From: Planctomycetota bacterium
GTDB taxonomy: Bacteria > Planctomycetota > Phycisphaerae > SM23-33
Reading direction: 5' to 3'
Assembly: GCA_024275995.1 (NCBI GenBank)
Contig: JAJRYB010000044.1
Coordinates: 13,041-77,040 of the forward strand
DNA length: 64,000 nucleotides
Below, piece after piece: positions 28,476 to 37,942 of the stretch; within the stretch, counting starts at the first letter, position 1, and every line of letters begins with the position of its first letter. Made by a program: the position numbers and the translations under genes. The notes under the pieces were generated by a model. The model saw nothing but the letters and a program-made list of their open reading frames with translations, had not been told where the DNA came from and did no database searches.

Positions 28476-29119
28476 TTTTTGTCACTCCGCAGAAGCGCCC
28501 TGGACCGTCCTATGTAGACAAGCCCGCTCAGCACGGTGACGATCACCGCCAGCCAGACCAGGGCGATCTTGATTGCCGCCGCCCACGCGGAAAATCGCAG
28601 GTTCGCCAACTGGAACAGGGCGAAGCAGATCGCCAGCGACTGGACGAACATCTTGATCTTACCGACGGAGGTGGCGGGGAACTTTTCGCCCTGCGATTCG
28701 CTGTATCCGCGCACGGCTGAGATGATGAACTCGCGCGCGAGGATGACGACCACCATCCATGCCTGGACACTCGTACACATTCCGCCCGTCAGCCAATGAG
28801 GCCAGTCGGACTCGACGAACTTGCCGTCAGCCGTCATCGCGAAGTTCGAACCGGTCAGCATCACGAACGCTCCCACCACCAGCACCTTGTCCACGAACGG
28901 GTCCGCGATTCGACCGAACGCGCTGGTCAGGTGATACCGTCGGGCGATCCATCCGTCGAGCACGTCCGTGATGCCGGCGACGATATAGATCGCAAAGGCG
29001 GCGTTCAGCAACCACTGCGCGCCGGGGCTGGATTGTTCATACATCCCAAGCAGCACGAAGAACGCCCCGGCAAGGGCGATCCGTCCGACGGTGAGTTGGT
29101 TGGGCAGCTTCCAGTTCAT
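28472..29119 (-). CDS. pgsA: CDP-diacylglycerol--glycerol-3-phosphate 3-phosphatidyltransferase
   Basis: LPNQLTVGR; CDP-alcohol motif TDVLDGWIAR...G..ADPFVDK; GKIKM. Confidence 0.92.
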   Translation of the reverse strand: MNWKLPNQLTVGRIALAGAFFVLLGMYEQSSPGAQWLLNAAFAIYIVAGITDVLDGWIARRYHLTSAFGRIADPFVDKVLVVGAFVMLTGSNFAMTADGKFVESDWPHWLTGGMCTSVQAWMVVVILAREFIISAVRGYSESQGEKFPATSVGKIKMFVQSLAICFALFQLANLRFSAWAAAIKIALVWLAVIVTVLSGLVYIGRSRALLRSDKK

Positions 29120-29121
29120 TT

Positions 29122-29163
29122 CGATTGACGATTTTCAATTGACGATCGTCAATTGTCAATCAT
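29122..29163 (+). repeat. 7-bp tandem repeat array (CGATTGA / CAATTGA / CGATCGT / CAATTGT)
   Basis: cgattga cgatttt caattga cgatcgt caattgt caatcat at the rimO-pgsA junction. Confidence 0.8.
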
Positions 29164-30570
29164 TCCGGCGATCAGGTCGTAATTATCGAAACCGACGATC
29201 TTCGCGCTCACAATCGAACCGATGGGTCCTGGTTCGGCGAGATAACACACCCCGTCGATCTCCGGGGCCTGTGCGAAAGTTCGTCCGACGCATCGTCCCT
29301 CGCCGTCCGTAGCGTCGATCAGCACTTGAACGCGCTCGCCGGCGGCTGCCTTCGCGGCGTTGGCGTCGAAGACGATCTTCTGCTGGGCGAGCATCAGTCG
29401 CTCGGCTCGCCGGGCCTTTACCTCGTCGGAAACGGCGCCGTCCAGCATCGCAGCCGGCGTACCTCCCTCCGGCGAATACTCGAACGCGCCCATCGCATCG
29501 AAGCGGAATTTTTCGACGAAGTCCAGCAGTTCGGCAAATTCCCCGTCGCTTTCGCCGGGAAAGCCCACGATGAACGTCGTGCGGATTGCGATGCGGGCGA
29601 TCCGGCTTCGCATTTTATCCAGCAGCGTTTCGATTTCGCTGCGGGTCGTTTGCCGCCCCATGCGCTTGAGCACGCCGTCCGAAATGTGCTGAAGCGGAAT
29701 GTCCACGTACGGAATGAGACGCTCGCATTCGGCGATCGTGTCGATCAGTTCGTCGTCGAAGCGGCGTGGGTAGGCGTACATCAGGCGAATCCATCGCGCG
29801 CCGTCCAGCGAGTCGAGCTGCCGCAGCAGGCGGGCGAGGTTCCATCCCCCGGGCAGGTCGCGTCCGTATCCGGTGGTGTCCTGGGCGATTATGTTCAGTT
29901 CGATTGCGCCGTCGGCTATCAGTTCGCGCGCCTCGTCGAGAATGAGATCGGGGCTTTTCGACCGGAACGGTCCGCGAATGGACGGGATTGTACAGAACGT
30001 GCATTTCTGCGAGCAGCCCTCGGAGATGCGAAGGTAGGCGGTGTGCCGCGGCGTCAGGCGAAACCTTCCGGCGTCAGAATGGATTTTGAATTTGAATTTG
30101 AAATTCGAAATTTGAGATTTCAGACCGTCGGTGTCGGATTTGAAATTTGAGATTTGAGATTTGAAATTTTCGGAAATATCGTCACATCGCGTGAATCTCG
30201 CGTTTCCGGTGACGGCTGCGAGTATTTCCGAGCGGTTGTTGACCCCGACGATCGCGTCGATTCCTTCCGCCTGTTCGTAGAGCGACGTTCCATCGCGGTT
30301 GACCACGCACCCGGCTACGACGACGCGCTTTGCCGAACCGCGGCGCTTGTATTCCAGCGCCTCGGCGAGGACGTCCATCGACTCGGCGCGGGCCGCTTCC
30401 ACGAAGCCGCACGTATTGATAACGATCACATCCGCTTCGTCCATAGGCGCGCCGACAACGCAGCCGCCCTCGGCGAGCATCGCAAGCATCCGCTCGCTGT
30501 CGATAAGGTTCTTCGAACAGCCCAGCGACACCAGGGCGACGCGCAGAGATTTTTCGGGGTCGGGTTCCAT
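29149..30570 (-). CDS. rimO: Ribosomal protein S12 methylthiotransferase, with a repeat-derived insertion
   Basis: SLGCSKNLIDSE, VINTCGF, VAGC, radical-SAM CSQKCTFC, TRAM ..GRTFAQAPEIDG. Alternative start 30597. Confidence 0.93.
   Translation of the reverse strand: MEPDPEKSLRVALVSLGCSKNLIDSERMLAMLAEGGCVVGAPMDEADVIVINTCGFVEAARAESMDVLAEALEYKRRGSAKRVVVAGCVVNRDGTSLYEQAEGIDAIVGVNNRSEILAAVTGNARFTRCDDISENFKSQISNFKSDTDGLKSQISNFKFKFKIHSDAGRFRLTPRHTAYLRISEGCSQKCTFCTIPSIRGPFRSKSPDLILDEARELIADGAIELNIIAQDTTGYGRDLPGGWNLARLLRQLDSLDGARWIRLMYAYPRRFDDELIDTIAECERLIPYVDIPLQHISDGVLKRMGRQTTRSEIETLLDKMRSRIARIAIRTTFIVGFPGESDGEFAELLDFVEKFRFDAMGAFEYSPEGGTPAAMLDGAVSDEVKARRAERLMLAQQKIVFDANAAKAAAGERVQVLIDATDGEGRCVGRTFAQAPEIDGVCYLAEPGPIGSIVSAKIVGFDNYDLIAGMIDN
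30083..30177 (-). repeat. 7-bp repeat array in-frame within rimO, encoding (KSQISNF)-type peptide
   Basis: Minus strand: aaatttc aaatctc aaatctc aaatttc aaatccg ... aaatctc aaatttc gaatttc aaattc aaattc. Confidence 0.9.
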
Positions 30571-30636
30571 TTCCGAATCATAAGCGGAAAATCTCAATCG
30601 CCCAAATGCTTTTGATTATTGGTTATACTTTCCACG

Positions 30637-31629
30637 ATGATAAAGAAACTTACACCCCTGCGTATCGGCGAGGTTCGCGTGGACTTTCCCGTGGTGCTTG
30701 CGGCGTTGGCGGGGTATTCGGACCTTGCCTACCGGCTTATCTGCCGGCGCCTGGGGGCTGGGTACTGCGCCACGGAGATGATGCTCGATCGCCTGCTGCT
30801 GATCGAAGGCAAGCTACGCCGCCGGCTGGTGAAGATAACGGACGAGGACCATCCCGTGGCGGGGCAGTTGCTCGGTAACGCCCCTGCCGTCATGGCGCGG
30901 GCGGCGGTGGTGCTGTGCGAGATGGGTTTCGACGTGGTGGACCTGAACTTCGCCTGCCCGGTGCGCAAAACACTGCGCCGCCGGCGGGGGGGGTACCTTA
31001 TGTGCCGGCCGGACCTGGCGCTGGAAATAGTCCGGGCGGTCATGGCAGTTTCGAGCAGGCCCGTTACGCTCAAACTCCGCCGCTCGTTCGACGAGGCGGA
31101 CCGCGATAACGAGGCGTTCTGGGAAATCGCTTCCGGTGCGTTGGAGGCGGGGGTAGCGGGGTTGTGCGTGCACGGCCGCAGCGTGGAGGCGAAGTATACC
31201 GGCCCGGCGGACTGGAAATTCATCGCCTCCGTCAAGCGGAAGTTTCCCGATGCGACGATTATCGGTTCGGGCGACCTGTTCGCCCCGGCAGACGCGCTGC
31301 GCATGCTGGAGGAGACCGGCGTTGACGGTGTTGCCGTCGCGCGCGGTGCTATCGGGAACCCGTGGTTCTTCCGCCAGGTGCGCGATATCGCAGCCGGGCG
31401 GGAGGCGTACAAGCCAGGCCTTGCCGAGCAGAGGGAGGTCATCGCGAGTCATTTCGACCACGTATGCGAGCTTTACGGGCCGAGACGAGGACCGCGAGCG
31501 ATGCGGAAGTTCGGCATAAAGTACGCGCGCATACACCCGCACCCGCGGGAAGTCCGCAACGCCTTCGTGGACGTGAAGAACGCCGGGCAGTGGCGGGACG
31601 TGCTGGAGAAGTATTACGCCGACCGATAG
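30637..31629 (+). CDS. dusB: tRNA-dihydrouridine synthase (DusB-like)
   Basis: LAALAGYSD, DLNFACPV, PVTLKLR, VHGR, GSGD, RGAIGNPW. Confidence 0.88.
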   Translation: MIKKLTPLRIGEVRVDFPVVLAALAGYSDLAYRLICRRLGAGYCATEMMLDRLLLIEGKLRRRLVKITDEDHPVAGQLLGNAPAVMARAAVVLCEMGFDVVDLNFACPVRKTLRRRRGGYLMCRPDLALEIVRAVMAVSSRPVTLKLRRSFDEADRDNEAFWEIASGALEAGVAGLCVHGRSVEAKYTGPADWKFIASVKRKFPDATIIGSGDLFAPADALRMLEETGVDGVAVARGAIGNPWFFRQVRDIAAGREAYKPGLAEQREVIASHFDHVCELYGPRRGPRAMRKFGIKYARIHPHPREVRNAFVDVKNAGQWRDVLEKYYADR

Positions 31630-31693
31630 GATGATGGACGAAACGCCATGCCTTGCAAGGCGTGGGCATTGAAAGTACGGAAAGGAATTCACC

Positions 31694-33208
31694 ATGCGTT
31701 TAAGGAATATTTTCGCAGCCTTCACAGCCTTGTTGACAGTGATGATTCTCGCAGCCCCCTCCTCGGCGAGGGTAATCGAGAAGGTCCAATACGTAGCCGT
31801 CATGATGGACGGAAAAAAGATCGGCTACGGCAAGATGACGCGCGAGGTTGTCGGCGACAAAGTGAAGACGTCGGAGTACATGAACCTGACCATCACGCGC
31901 GGGGACGTGTCGATTCAAATGAAGATTACCGAGGCGTTCGAGGAAACGGTGGACGGGAAACCGCTGTCGTTCCGGGTGGTCCACGATATGGGCGTGATGG
32001 CGGCGACGATAGTCGGAAAGATTAACGCCGGTGGTAAGATCGACGTCGAAACGAGTGCCGGCGGGAAAGTGATAAAAAAGACCGTCACCTGGCCTGAGGG
32101 CGCCATGATGCCCGAAGCGCTTCGCGTTCTCGCAAAGCGCAACGGGCTGGTCGAAGGCACGAAGTACGCGGTGAAAGTCTTCAGCGCAGCCGACCAGAAA
32201 GCGATGGACGCCGAGATCAGCGTCGGAAAAACCGGTCCGGTGGACCTGTTCGGGCGCGTCGTGACGCTCACCCGCGTTAACGTGACAATAAAATCGTCGT
32301 CGGGTGCCATCACCGCTACGAGTTACGTCAATGCCGATCAGGACGCGCTGAAAACGGTCGTCCCGATGATGGGCATGAAGCTTGAGTTGATCGTGTGCAG
32401 CGAGCAGTTCGCCAAAAGCCCGAACCAGCCGGTGGACTTTTTTGACAAGCTTTTCATCAAGAGTCCCAAGCCGTTCAACCCTGCCGGGGCGTCGGCGATT
32501 TCCTATACGCTGGAGCCTCTTGCCGGCAAGGGCAGGAAACTCCGGATTCCCGAGACGGGCCATCAACGTGTCCACCGGAGGAAGGACGGAAATATCCAGG
32601 TAACGGTCAGCCGAGTCAAGGCGCTCGCGGGTCAGCCGTTACCGTACAAGGGTAAGGACGCCCAAGCCATTTCAGCCCTGAAACCAACCCGGTATATCCA
32701 GTCCGACGACGCTGCCGTGATCGCCCTGGCGAAACAGGTCGTCGGCGATACCAAAGATGCCGCCGAAGCGGCGAGGAAGATCGAACAGTACGTTCACAAG
32801 TACATCAACAAGAAGGATCTGAGCATAGGTTACGCCTCGGCGGCGGAAGTCGCCAAAAGCAGGCAGGGCGATTGTTCGGAGCATGCCGTTCTGACGGCGG
32901 CGCTTTGCCGGGCGGTCGGCATCCCGGCGCGGATCGTCATGGGCGTGGCCTACGTCAAACGGTTTGGCGGGGCCAAGGACATCTTCGGGCCGCACGCGTG
33001 GAACAGCGTCTATATCGGAGGCAAGTGGGTCGATCTGGACGCCACCTTCGGGCGGTTCGGTCCGGGGCACATCGCGCTGGCCGGTGGCGACGGTGGCGAT
33101 CCGGGCGATTTCTTCGGAATGATCAACACGCTGGGCTATTTCAGGATCGTACGAGTCAGCGTCGTCCGGGAAAAAGGTTCGCCGACGCCCTCGATGAAGC
33201 AGAACTGA
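31694..33208 (+). CDS. Secreted transglutaminase-like domain protein
   Basis: Signal peptide; Cys-His-Asp triad in GDCSEHA, HAWNSV, DLDAT. Confidence 0.85.
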   Translation: MRLRNIFAAFTALLTVMILAAPSSARVIEKVQYVAVMMDGKKIGYGKMTREVVGDKVKTSEYMNLTITRGDVSIQMKITEAFEETVDGKPLSFRVVHDMGVMAATIVGKINAGGKIDVETSAGGKVIKKTVTWPEGAMMPEALRVLAKRNGLVEGTKYAVKVFSAADQKAMDAEISVGKTGPVDLFGRVVTLTRVNVTIKSSSGAITATSYVNADQDALKTVVPMMGMKLELIVCSEQFAKSPNQPVDFFDKLFIKSPKPFNPAGASAISYTLEPLAGKGRKLRIPETGHQRVHRRKDGNIQVTVSRVKALAGQPLPYKGKDAQAISALKPTRYIQSDDAAVIALAKQVVGDTKDAAEAARKIEQYVHKYINKKDLSIGYASAAEVAKSRQGDCSEHAVLTAALCRAVGIPARIVMGVAYVKRFGGAKDIFGPHAWNSVYIGGKWVDLDATFGRFGPGHIALAGGDGGDPGDFFGMINTLGYFRIVRVSVVREKGSPTPSMKQN

Positions 33209-33341
33209 ACCCTCTTGACTCGTCGATATGCGCGAAGGCTTGCTGTCGGGCGGGACCTGTGGTAATCTTCGTCGATTTTGAAGCGGGTCTTTGTGCGCAC
33301 AGGGCGGCGGGTCCGCGCAGGCATGACGAAAAGAGAGCCAC

Positions 33342-36300
33342 ATGCCACGAAGGGATGACATTCACACGATCCTGATCATAGGTTCCGGCCCGATCATCAT
33401 CGGGCAGGGCTGCGAGTTCGATTATTCCGGTACGCAGGCGTGCAAGGCGCTGAGGGAAGAGGGCTACCGCGTTGTGCTGGTGAACTCCAACCCTGCTACC
33501 ATCATGACCGATCCGGAGTTTTCCGATCGTACGTACATCGAGCCGATCACGCCGGAGTGCGTCGCCAAGATCCTCCAGGCTGAATCGACCGGGCCGCATC
33601 CGATCGATGCGCTGCTTCCCACGCTTGGCGGCCAGACGGGCCTGAACACCGCCGTCGCCGTTGCCGATTCCGGCGTGCTGGATAAGTTCGGGGTGGAGAT
33701 GATCGGCGCTACGCGCGAGGTGATCCACCGGGCTGAGGATCGCACGGAATTCAAGAATATCTGCCTGTCGATAGGACTGGACGTGCCTCGCAGCGGGATT
33801 GCCCACACCATGGACGAGGCCCGGAAAATTATCCTGGACGTCGGGCTTCCCGTCTGCATACGGCCGGCCTACACGCTGGGCGGAACGGGCGGGGGGTTCG
33901 CCTTCAACCGCGACGAGTTCGAGGAAATCGTCGCGCGCGGGCTGGACTACTCACCCGTCAGCGAGGTCCTGATCGAGGAATCGGTGCTGGGCTGGAAGGA
34001 ATACGAGCTTGAGGTGATGCGCGACAAGGCGGACAACGTGGTGATAGTCTGCTCCATCGAGAACTTCGACCCGATGGGCGTGCACACGGGCGATTCGATT
34101 ACCGTCGCGCCCGCCCAGACGCTGACCGACAAGGAATACCAACTCATGCGCGACGCCGCCATCGCGATTATTCGCGCGATCGGCGTGGAGACCGGAGGCA
34201 GCAACATCCAGTTCGCCGTGGACCCGCAGACCGGGCGCATGATCGTGGTCGAGATGAATCCCCGAGTCTCACGAAGCAGCGCCCTGGCGTCCAAGGCGAC
34301 GGGTTTCCCCATCGCCAAGATAGCTGCAAAGCTCGCGGTGGGATATACGCTGGACGAAATACCCAACGACATCACGCGAGAGACGCCGGCCTGCTTCGAG
34401 CCGACAATCGATTACGTGGTGACGAAAATTCCACGCTGGACGTTCGAAAAATTCCCCGATGCCGACGAGACGCTCACCACGCAGATGAAATCGGTCGGCG
34501 AAGCGATGTCGATCGGACGGACCTTCAAGGAGAGTCTCCAGAAGGGCATCCGATCGATGGAAGTCAAGCGATACGGGCTTGGGTTGGACGGAAACGACAA
34601 GTGGCTGGTGAAGGATGCAGACTGGCCGATCGAAAAAACGAAACTGCACCGCAAGCTTTCCGTACCCTGCCAGGGACGCATCTATTACATCCGCTACGCC
34701 TTCAAGATGGGCTGGTCCGTCGAGCAGGTCTTCGAGCTGACCAAAATCGACCCCTGGTTCCTGACGCACCTGAAGGAACTGGTTGATTTCGAGACTTGCC
34801 TGGAAGAATTCAGCCGCCTTGGCGGCGTGCCGGAGGAGCTGCTCCGCAAGGCCAAGCAGCTTGGCTATTCGGACATCCAGCTTGGTCACATATGGAACGC
34901 CGGCCCCGATGACGTGCGAAAACGACGCAAGGAACTATCCATCGAGCCGGTCTACAAGCTCGTGGATACCTGTGCCGCGGAGTTCGAGGCCTATACGCCG
35001 TATTATTATTCCACTTACGAAAATCCGATCGCCCGGATCTCCGGAAGCGATTCGAAAAATCTCAAATCTCCAATCTCAAATCTCGAATCGTTTGTCGACG
35101 ACGAAATTCGAGTCAGCGACAAGAAAAAGATCGTCATCCTGGGTGGCGGCCCGAACCGGATAGGCCAGGGTATCGAGTTCGATTACTGCTGCGTGCACGC
35201 GGTCTTCGCCGCCAAGGAGCTTGGCTACGAGGCCGTCATGATCAACTCCAACCCGGAAACGGTCTCGACGGACTACGACACGTCCGACCTGCTGTTCTTC
35301 GAGCCGCTGACGCTCGAAGACGTGCTGAATATCTGCGAGAGACTCAACGGGCGACCGTTGGTTGCCAAATCTGAAATTTCCGATTCCGAATCTCGAATGG
35401 AGTCCGAAGGGCTTCTTCACGGCGTGATTGTCCAGTTTGGCGGACAGACGCCGCTGAACCTCGCACGCGGGCTGGAACAGGCGGGCGTTCCGATTATCGG
35501 CACTTCCCCGGAATCCATCGACCTGGCGGAGGATCGCAAGCGATTCGGCGAGGTGCTCGACGATCTGAAGCTCAAGTGCCCACAAGGCGGTACGGCGTTT
35601 TCCGTGGAACAGGCACGCGCCGTCGCCCAGCGGATCGGGTATCCCGTGCTGGTGAGGCCCAGTTACGTCCTGGGCGGCAGGGCGATGGAGATCGTCTCCG
35701 ACGAGCAGCAGCTCGACACGTACATGGCCCGCGCGGTGGACGCCTCGACAGTGGGGCGGGATCACCCGATACTCGTGGACAAGTTCCTTTCCGCCGCTAC
35801 GGAAGTGGACGTGGACTGCATCGCGGACTTCGGCCCGCGACCCGACGGTACGGACACTCCATCGCCCCGGGCGATCGTCTGTGGCGTAATGGAGCATATC
35901 GAGGAGGCGGGCATCCACTCCGGAGACAGCGCATGCGCGCTCCCGCCGTTTTCACTGTCGGAGGCCGTCGTCAAGGAGATTCAACGCCAGGCGAAGCTGC
36001 TGGCCGAGCGCTTGAAGGTGCGCGGGCTTATGAACGTGCAATTCGCCGTAAAAGACTCCGAGGTGTACATTCTCGAGGTCAACCCGCGAGCGTCGCGGAC
36101 CATTCCGTTCGTCTCCAAGGCCACCGGCGTTCCCTGGGCGAAACTCGCTGCGAAGGTAATGGCCGGGAAAAGCCTCGCGGAACTCGGCGTCGTCGAGGCG
36201 CCGCGACCGGCGCAGACCTCCGTCAAGGAAAGCGTTTTCCCGTTCACCAAGTTCCCCGGCGTCGACGTGATACTCGGTCCGGAGATGCGATCGACCGGCG

Positions 36301-36806
36301 AAGTGATGGGCGTCGACATGAGTTTCGCACTGGCGTTCGCCAAGGGACAGATAGCGACCGGTCTTGCCCTGCCCGTCGAGGGAACGGCGTTCCTGAGCGT
36401 TTGCGATGCGGATAAACGCCAGATCGTTCCCATCGCGCAGCGGTTGGCGGCTATGGGTTTCGAACTGTTCGCGACCACCGGCACGTATAACGTGCTTCAC
36501 GACGCGTCCATATGCGCGGTCAGGCTTCCCAAGCTTGCCGAAGGACGTCCCAACGTAGCCGACCTTATCACCAATAACGAGGTCGGTCTGATCATCAACA
36601 CCCCGACCCGACGCGGACCGACGAGCGACGAAGGAAAAATTCGTGCGATGGCAACGCTGCACCGCACGCCCATCATCACTACAATCACAGCCGCCAGTGC
36701 GGTAGTGGGCGCCATAGCGGCGCTGCGGGCCGCCGCAGGGGAAAATGTCTCTCCGCAGGACGCGTGGTCAGTCAAACCGCTCCAGGAATACTTTCCTCCC
36801 AATTGA
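33342..36806 (+). CDS. carB: Carbamoyl-phosphate synthase large subunit, with repeat-derived insertions
   Basis: [60 protein letters not shown]-terminal MGS domain. Confidence 0.97.
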   Translation: MPRRDDIHTILIIGSGPIIIGQGCEFDYSGTQACKALREEGYRVVLVNSNPATIMTDPEFSDRTYIEPITPECVAKILQAESTGPHPIDALLPTLGGQTGLNTAVAVADSGVLDKFGVEMIGATREVIHRAEDRTEFKNICLSIGLDVPRSGIAHTMDEARKIILDVGLPVCIRPAYTLGGTGGGFAFNRDEFEEIVARGLDYSPVSEVLIEESVLGWKEYELEVMRDKADNVVIVCSIENFDPMGVHTGDSITVAPAQTLTDKEYQLMRDAAIAIIRAIGVETGGSNIQFAVDPQTGRMIVVEMNPRVSRSSALASKATGFPIAKIAAKLAVGYTLDEIPNDITRETPACFEPTIDYVVTKIPRWTFEKFPDADETLTTQMKSVGEAMSIGRTFKESLQKGIRSMEVKRYGLGLDGNDKWLVKDADWPIEKTKLHRKLSVPCQGRIYYIRYAFKMGWSVEQVFELTKIDPWFLTHLKELVDFETCLEEFSRLGGVPEELLRKAKQLGYSDIQLGHIWNAGPDDVRKRRKELSIEPVYKLVDTCAAEFEAYTPYYYSTYENPIARISGSDSKNLKSPISNLESFVDDEIRVSDKKKIVILGGGPNRIGQGIEFDYCCVHAVFAAKELGYEAVMINSNPETVSTDYDTSDLLFFEPLTLEDVLNICERLNGRPLVAKSEISDSESRMESEGLLHGVIVQFGGQTPLNLARGLEQAGVPIIGTSPESIDLAEDRKRFGEVLDDLKLKCPQGGTAFSVEQARAVAQRIGYPVLVRPSYVLGGRAMEIVSDEQQLDTYMARAVDASTVGRDHPILVDKFLSAATEVDVDCIADFGPRPDGTDTPSPRAIVCGVMEHIEEAGIHSGDSACALPPFSLSEAVVKEIQRQAKLLAERLKVRGLMNVQFAVKDSEVYILEVNPRASRTIPFVSKATGVPWAKLAAKVMAGKSLAELGVVEAPRPAQTSVKESVFPFTKFPGVDVILGPEMRSTGEVMGVDMSFALAFAKGQIATGLALPVEGTAFLSVCDADKRQIVPIAQRLAAMGFELFATTGTYNVLHDASICAVRLPKLAEGRPNVADLITNNEVGLIINTPTRRGPTSDEGKIRAMATLHRTPIITTITAASAVVGAIAALRAAAGENVSPQDAWSVKPLQEYFPPN
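35057..35091 (+). repeat. 7-bp repeat array in-frame within carB (insertion 1)
   Basis: aaatctc aaatctc caatctc aaatctc gaatcgt, encoding [11 protein letters not shown]. Confidence 0.9.
35367..35401 (+). repeat. Degenerate 7-bp repeat array in-frame within carB (insertion 2)
   Basis: aaatctg aaatttc cgattcc gaatctc gaatgga, encoding [12 protein letters not shown]. Confidence 0.75.
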
Positions 36807-36834
36807 CAATCGCCGATCGCCAATCGACAATTAC
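36800..36834 (+). repeat. 7-bp tandem repeat array overlapping the carB stop
   Basis: caattga caatcgc cgatcgc caatcga caattac. Confidence 0.8.
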
Positions 36835-36837
36835 CCT

Positions 36838-37737
36838 ATGGCCTTGACGGTTGAGGAATATCTTCGCCCGGACGTTATCCAGCAGGTCCAGCGTCTGGAC
36901 CTCAAGGCCCGCTTTATCGTGCAGGGGTTCATCTCCGGGCTGCACACCTCGCCGTTTCACGGGTTTTCCGTCGAGTTTTCCGAGCATCGCAAGTACGAAA
37001 TCGGCGACGATCTGCGGCTGATCGACTGGAACGTCTACGGCAAGACGGACCGGTTCTACATCAAGAAGTACGAGGCCGAGACCAACCTGGACTGCTACCT
37101 GCTGGTCGACTGCTCCAAGAGCATGGACTTCGCCACCTCGGGGCGCATGACCAAGATGGATTATTCCATCTGCCTTGCCGCTGCGCTGGGGTACATGATG
37201 ATCCATCAGCAGGATTCGGTAGGTCTGCTGACGTTCGACGAGAAGGTTCGCGCGTTCCTTCCGCCGAAGACCAAGCGATCGCACCTGATGAACATTCTCG
37301 GCACGCTGGCGCGGACCAGGCCCTCCGGCGAGACGAACATCGCAGCCGCCCTGCACGACGCCGCCTCCCGTATAAAAAAACGCGGGCTTGTTATTCTGCT
37401 CAGCGACCTGTTGGGCGATCAGGAGCAAATTATCCGTGCGCTGCATCACCTGCGATATCGCGGCCACGACCTTATGGTCATGCAGGTGCTGGACCACAGC
37501 GAGCTGGCGTTCGAGTTCGACGGGCAGGTGCGCTTCGAGGACCCCGAGACTCGCGAGCACGTGGACGCCAACCCCCAGTCGATCCGGGCGTCGTACATGG
37601 AGGAGATCCAGGCCTTCATGGACGAATACCGCCGACAGTGCCAGGCCGTCCGCGCGGACTTCACCACCGTTGACAATTCCATGACATTCGACAAGGCGCT
37701 GATCGAATTCCTCATCCAGCGGCAATCAAGGTTCTGA
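36838..37737 (+). CDS. DUF58 (VWA-like) domain protein
   Basis: G.H.SPFHGFSVEFSEHRKY..GDDLRLIDW, LLVDCSKSM, ILLSDLL. Confidence 0.9.
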   Translation: MALTVEEYLRPDVIQQVQRLDLKARFIVQGFISGLHTSPFHGFSVEFSEHRKYEIGDDLRLIDWNVYGKTDRFYIKKYEAETNLDCYLLVDCSKSMDFATSGRMTKMDYSICLAAALGYMMIHQQDSVGLLTFDEKVRAFLPPKTKRSHLMNILGTLARTRPSGETNIAAALHDAASRIKKRGLVILLSDLLGDQEQIIRALHHLRYRGHDLMVMQVLDHSELAFEFDGQVRFEDPETREHVDANPQSIRASYMEEIQAFMDEYRRQCQAVRADFTTVDNSMTFDKALIEFLIQRQSRF

Positions 37738-37942
37738 GCAATCGGCCGGGCGCAACGCGTTTTTCACAAGATGGGGGATTTTGCCTGTTTTGAGCCTTCG
37801 GTTTCGCTACGATTATTTGTGAACAATCGCCGAGGTTCAGTAAAATAGGCGTCACCTTTACCGCGGTGGCAGGTTCAAGTGAGATAGACGCCCAAGGTAG
37901 GCGCATAGGCTCGTGGCGTAAACAGCACAAAGGAAATGCATC

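Noticed and set aside
33342-36806. carB without carA and trpE without trpG as signs of novel function
   Set aside because: Partners can lie elsewhere in the genome; a 64-kb window cannot show absence.
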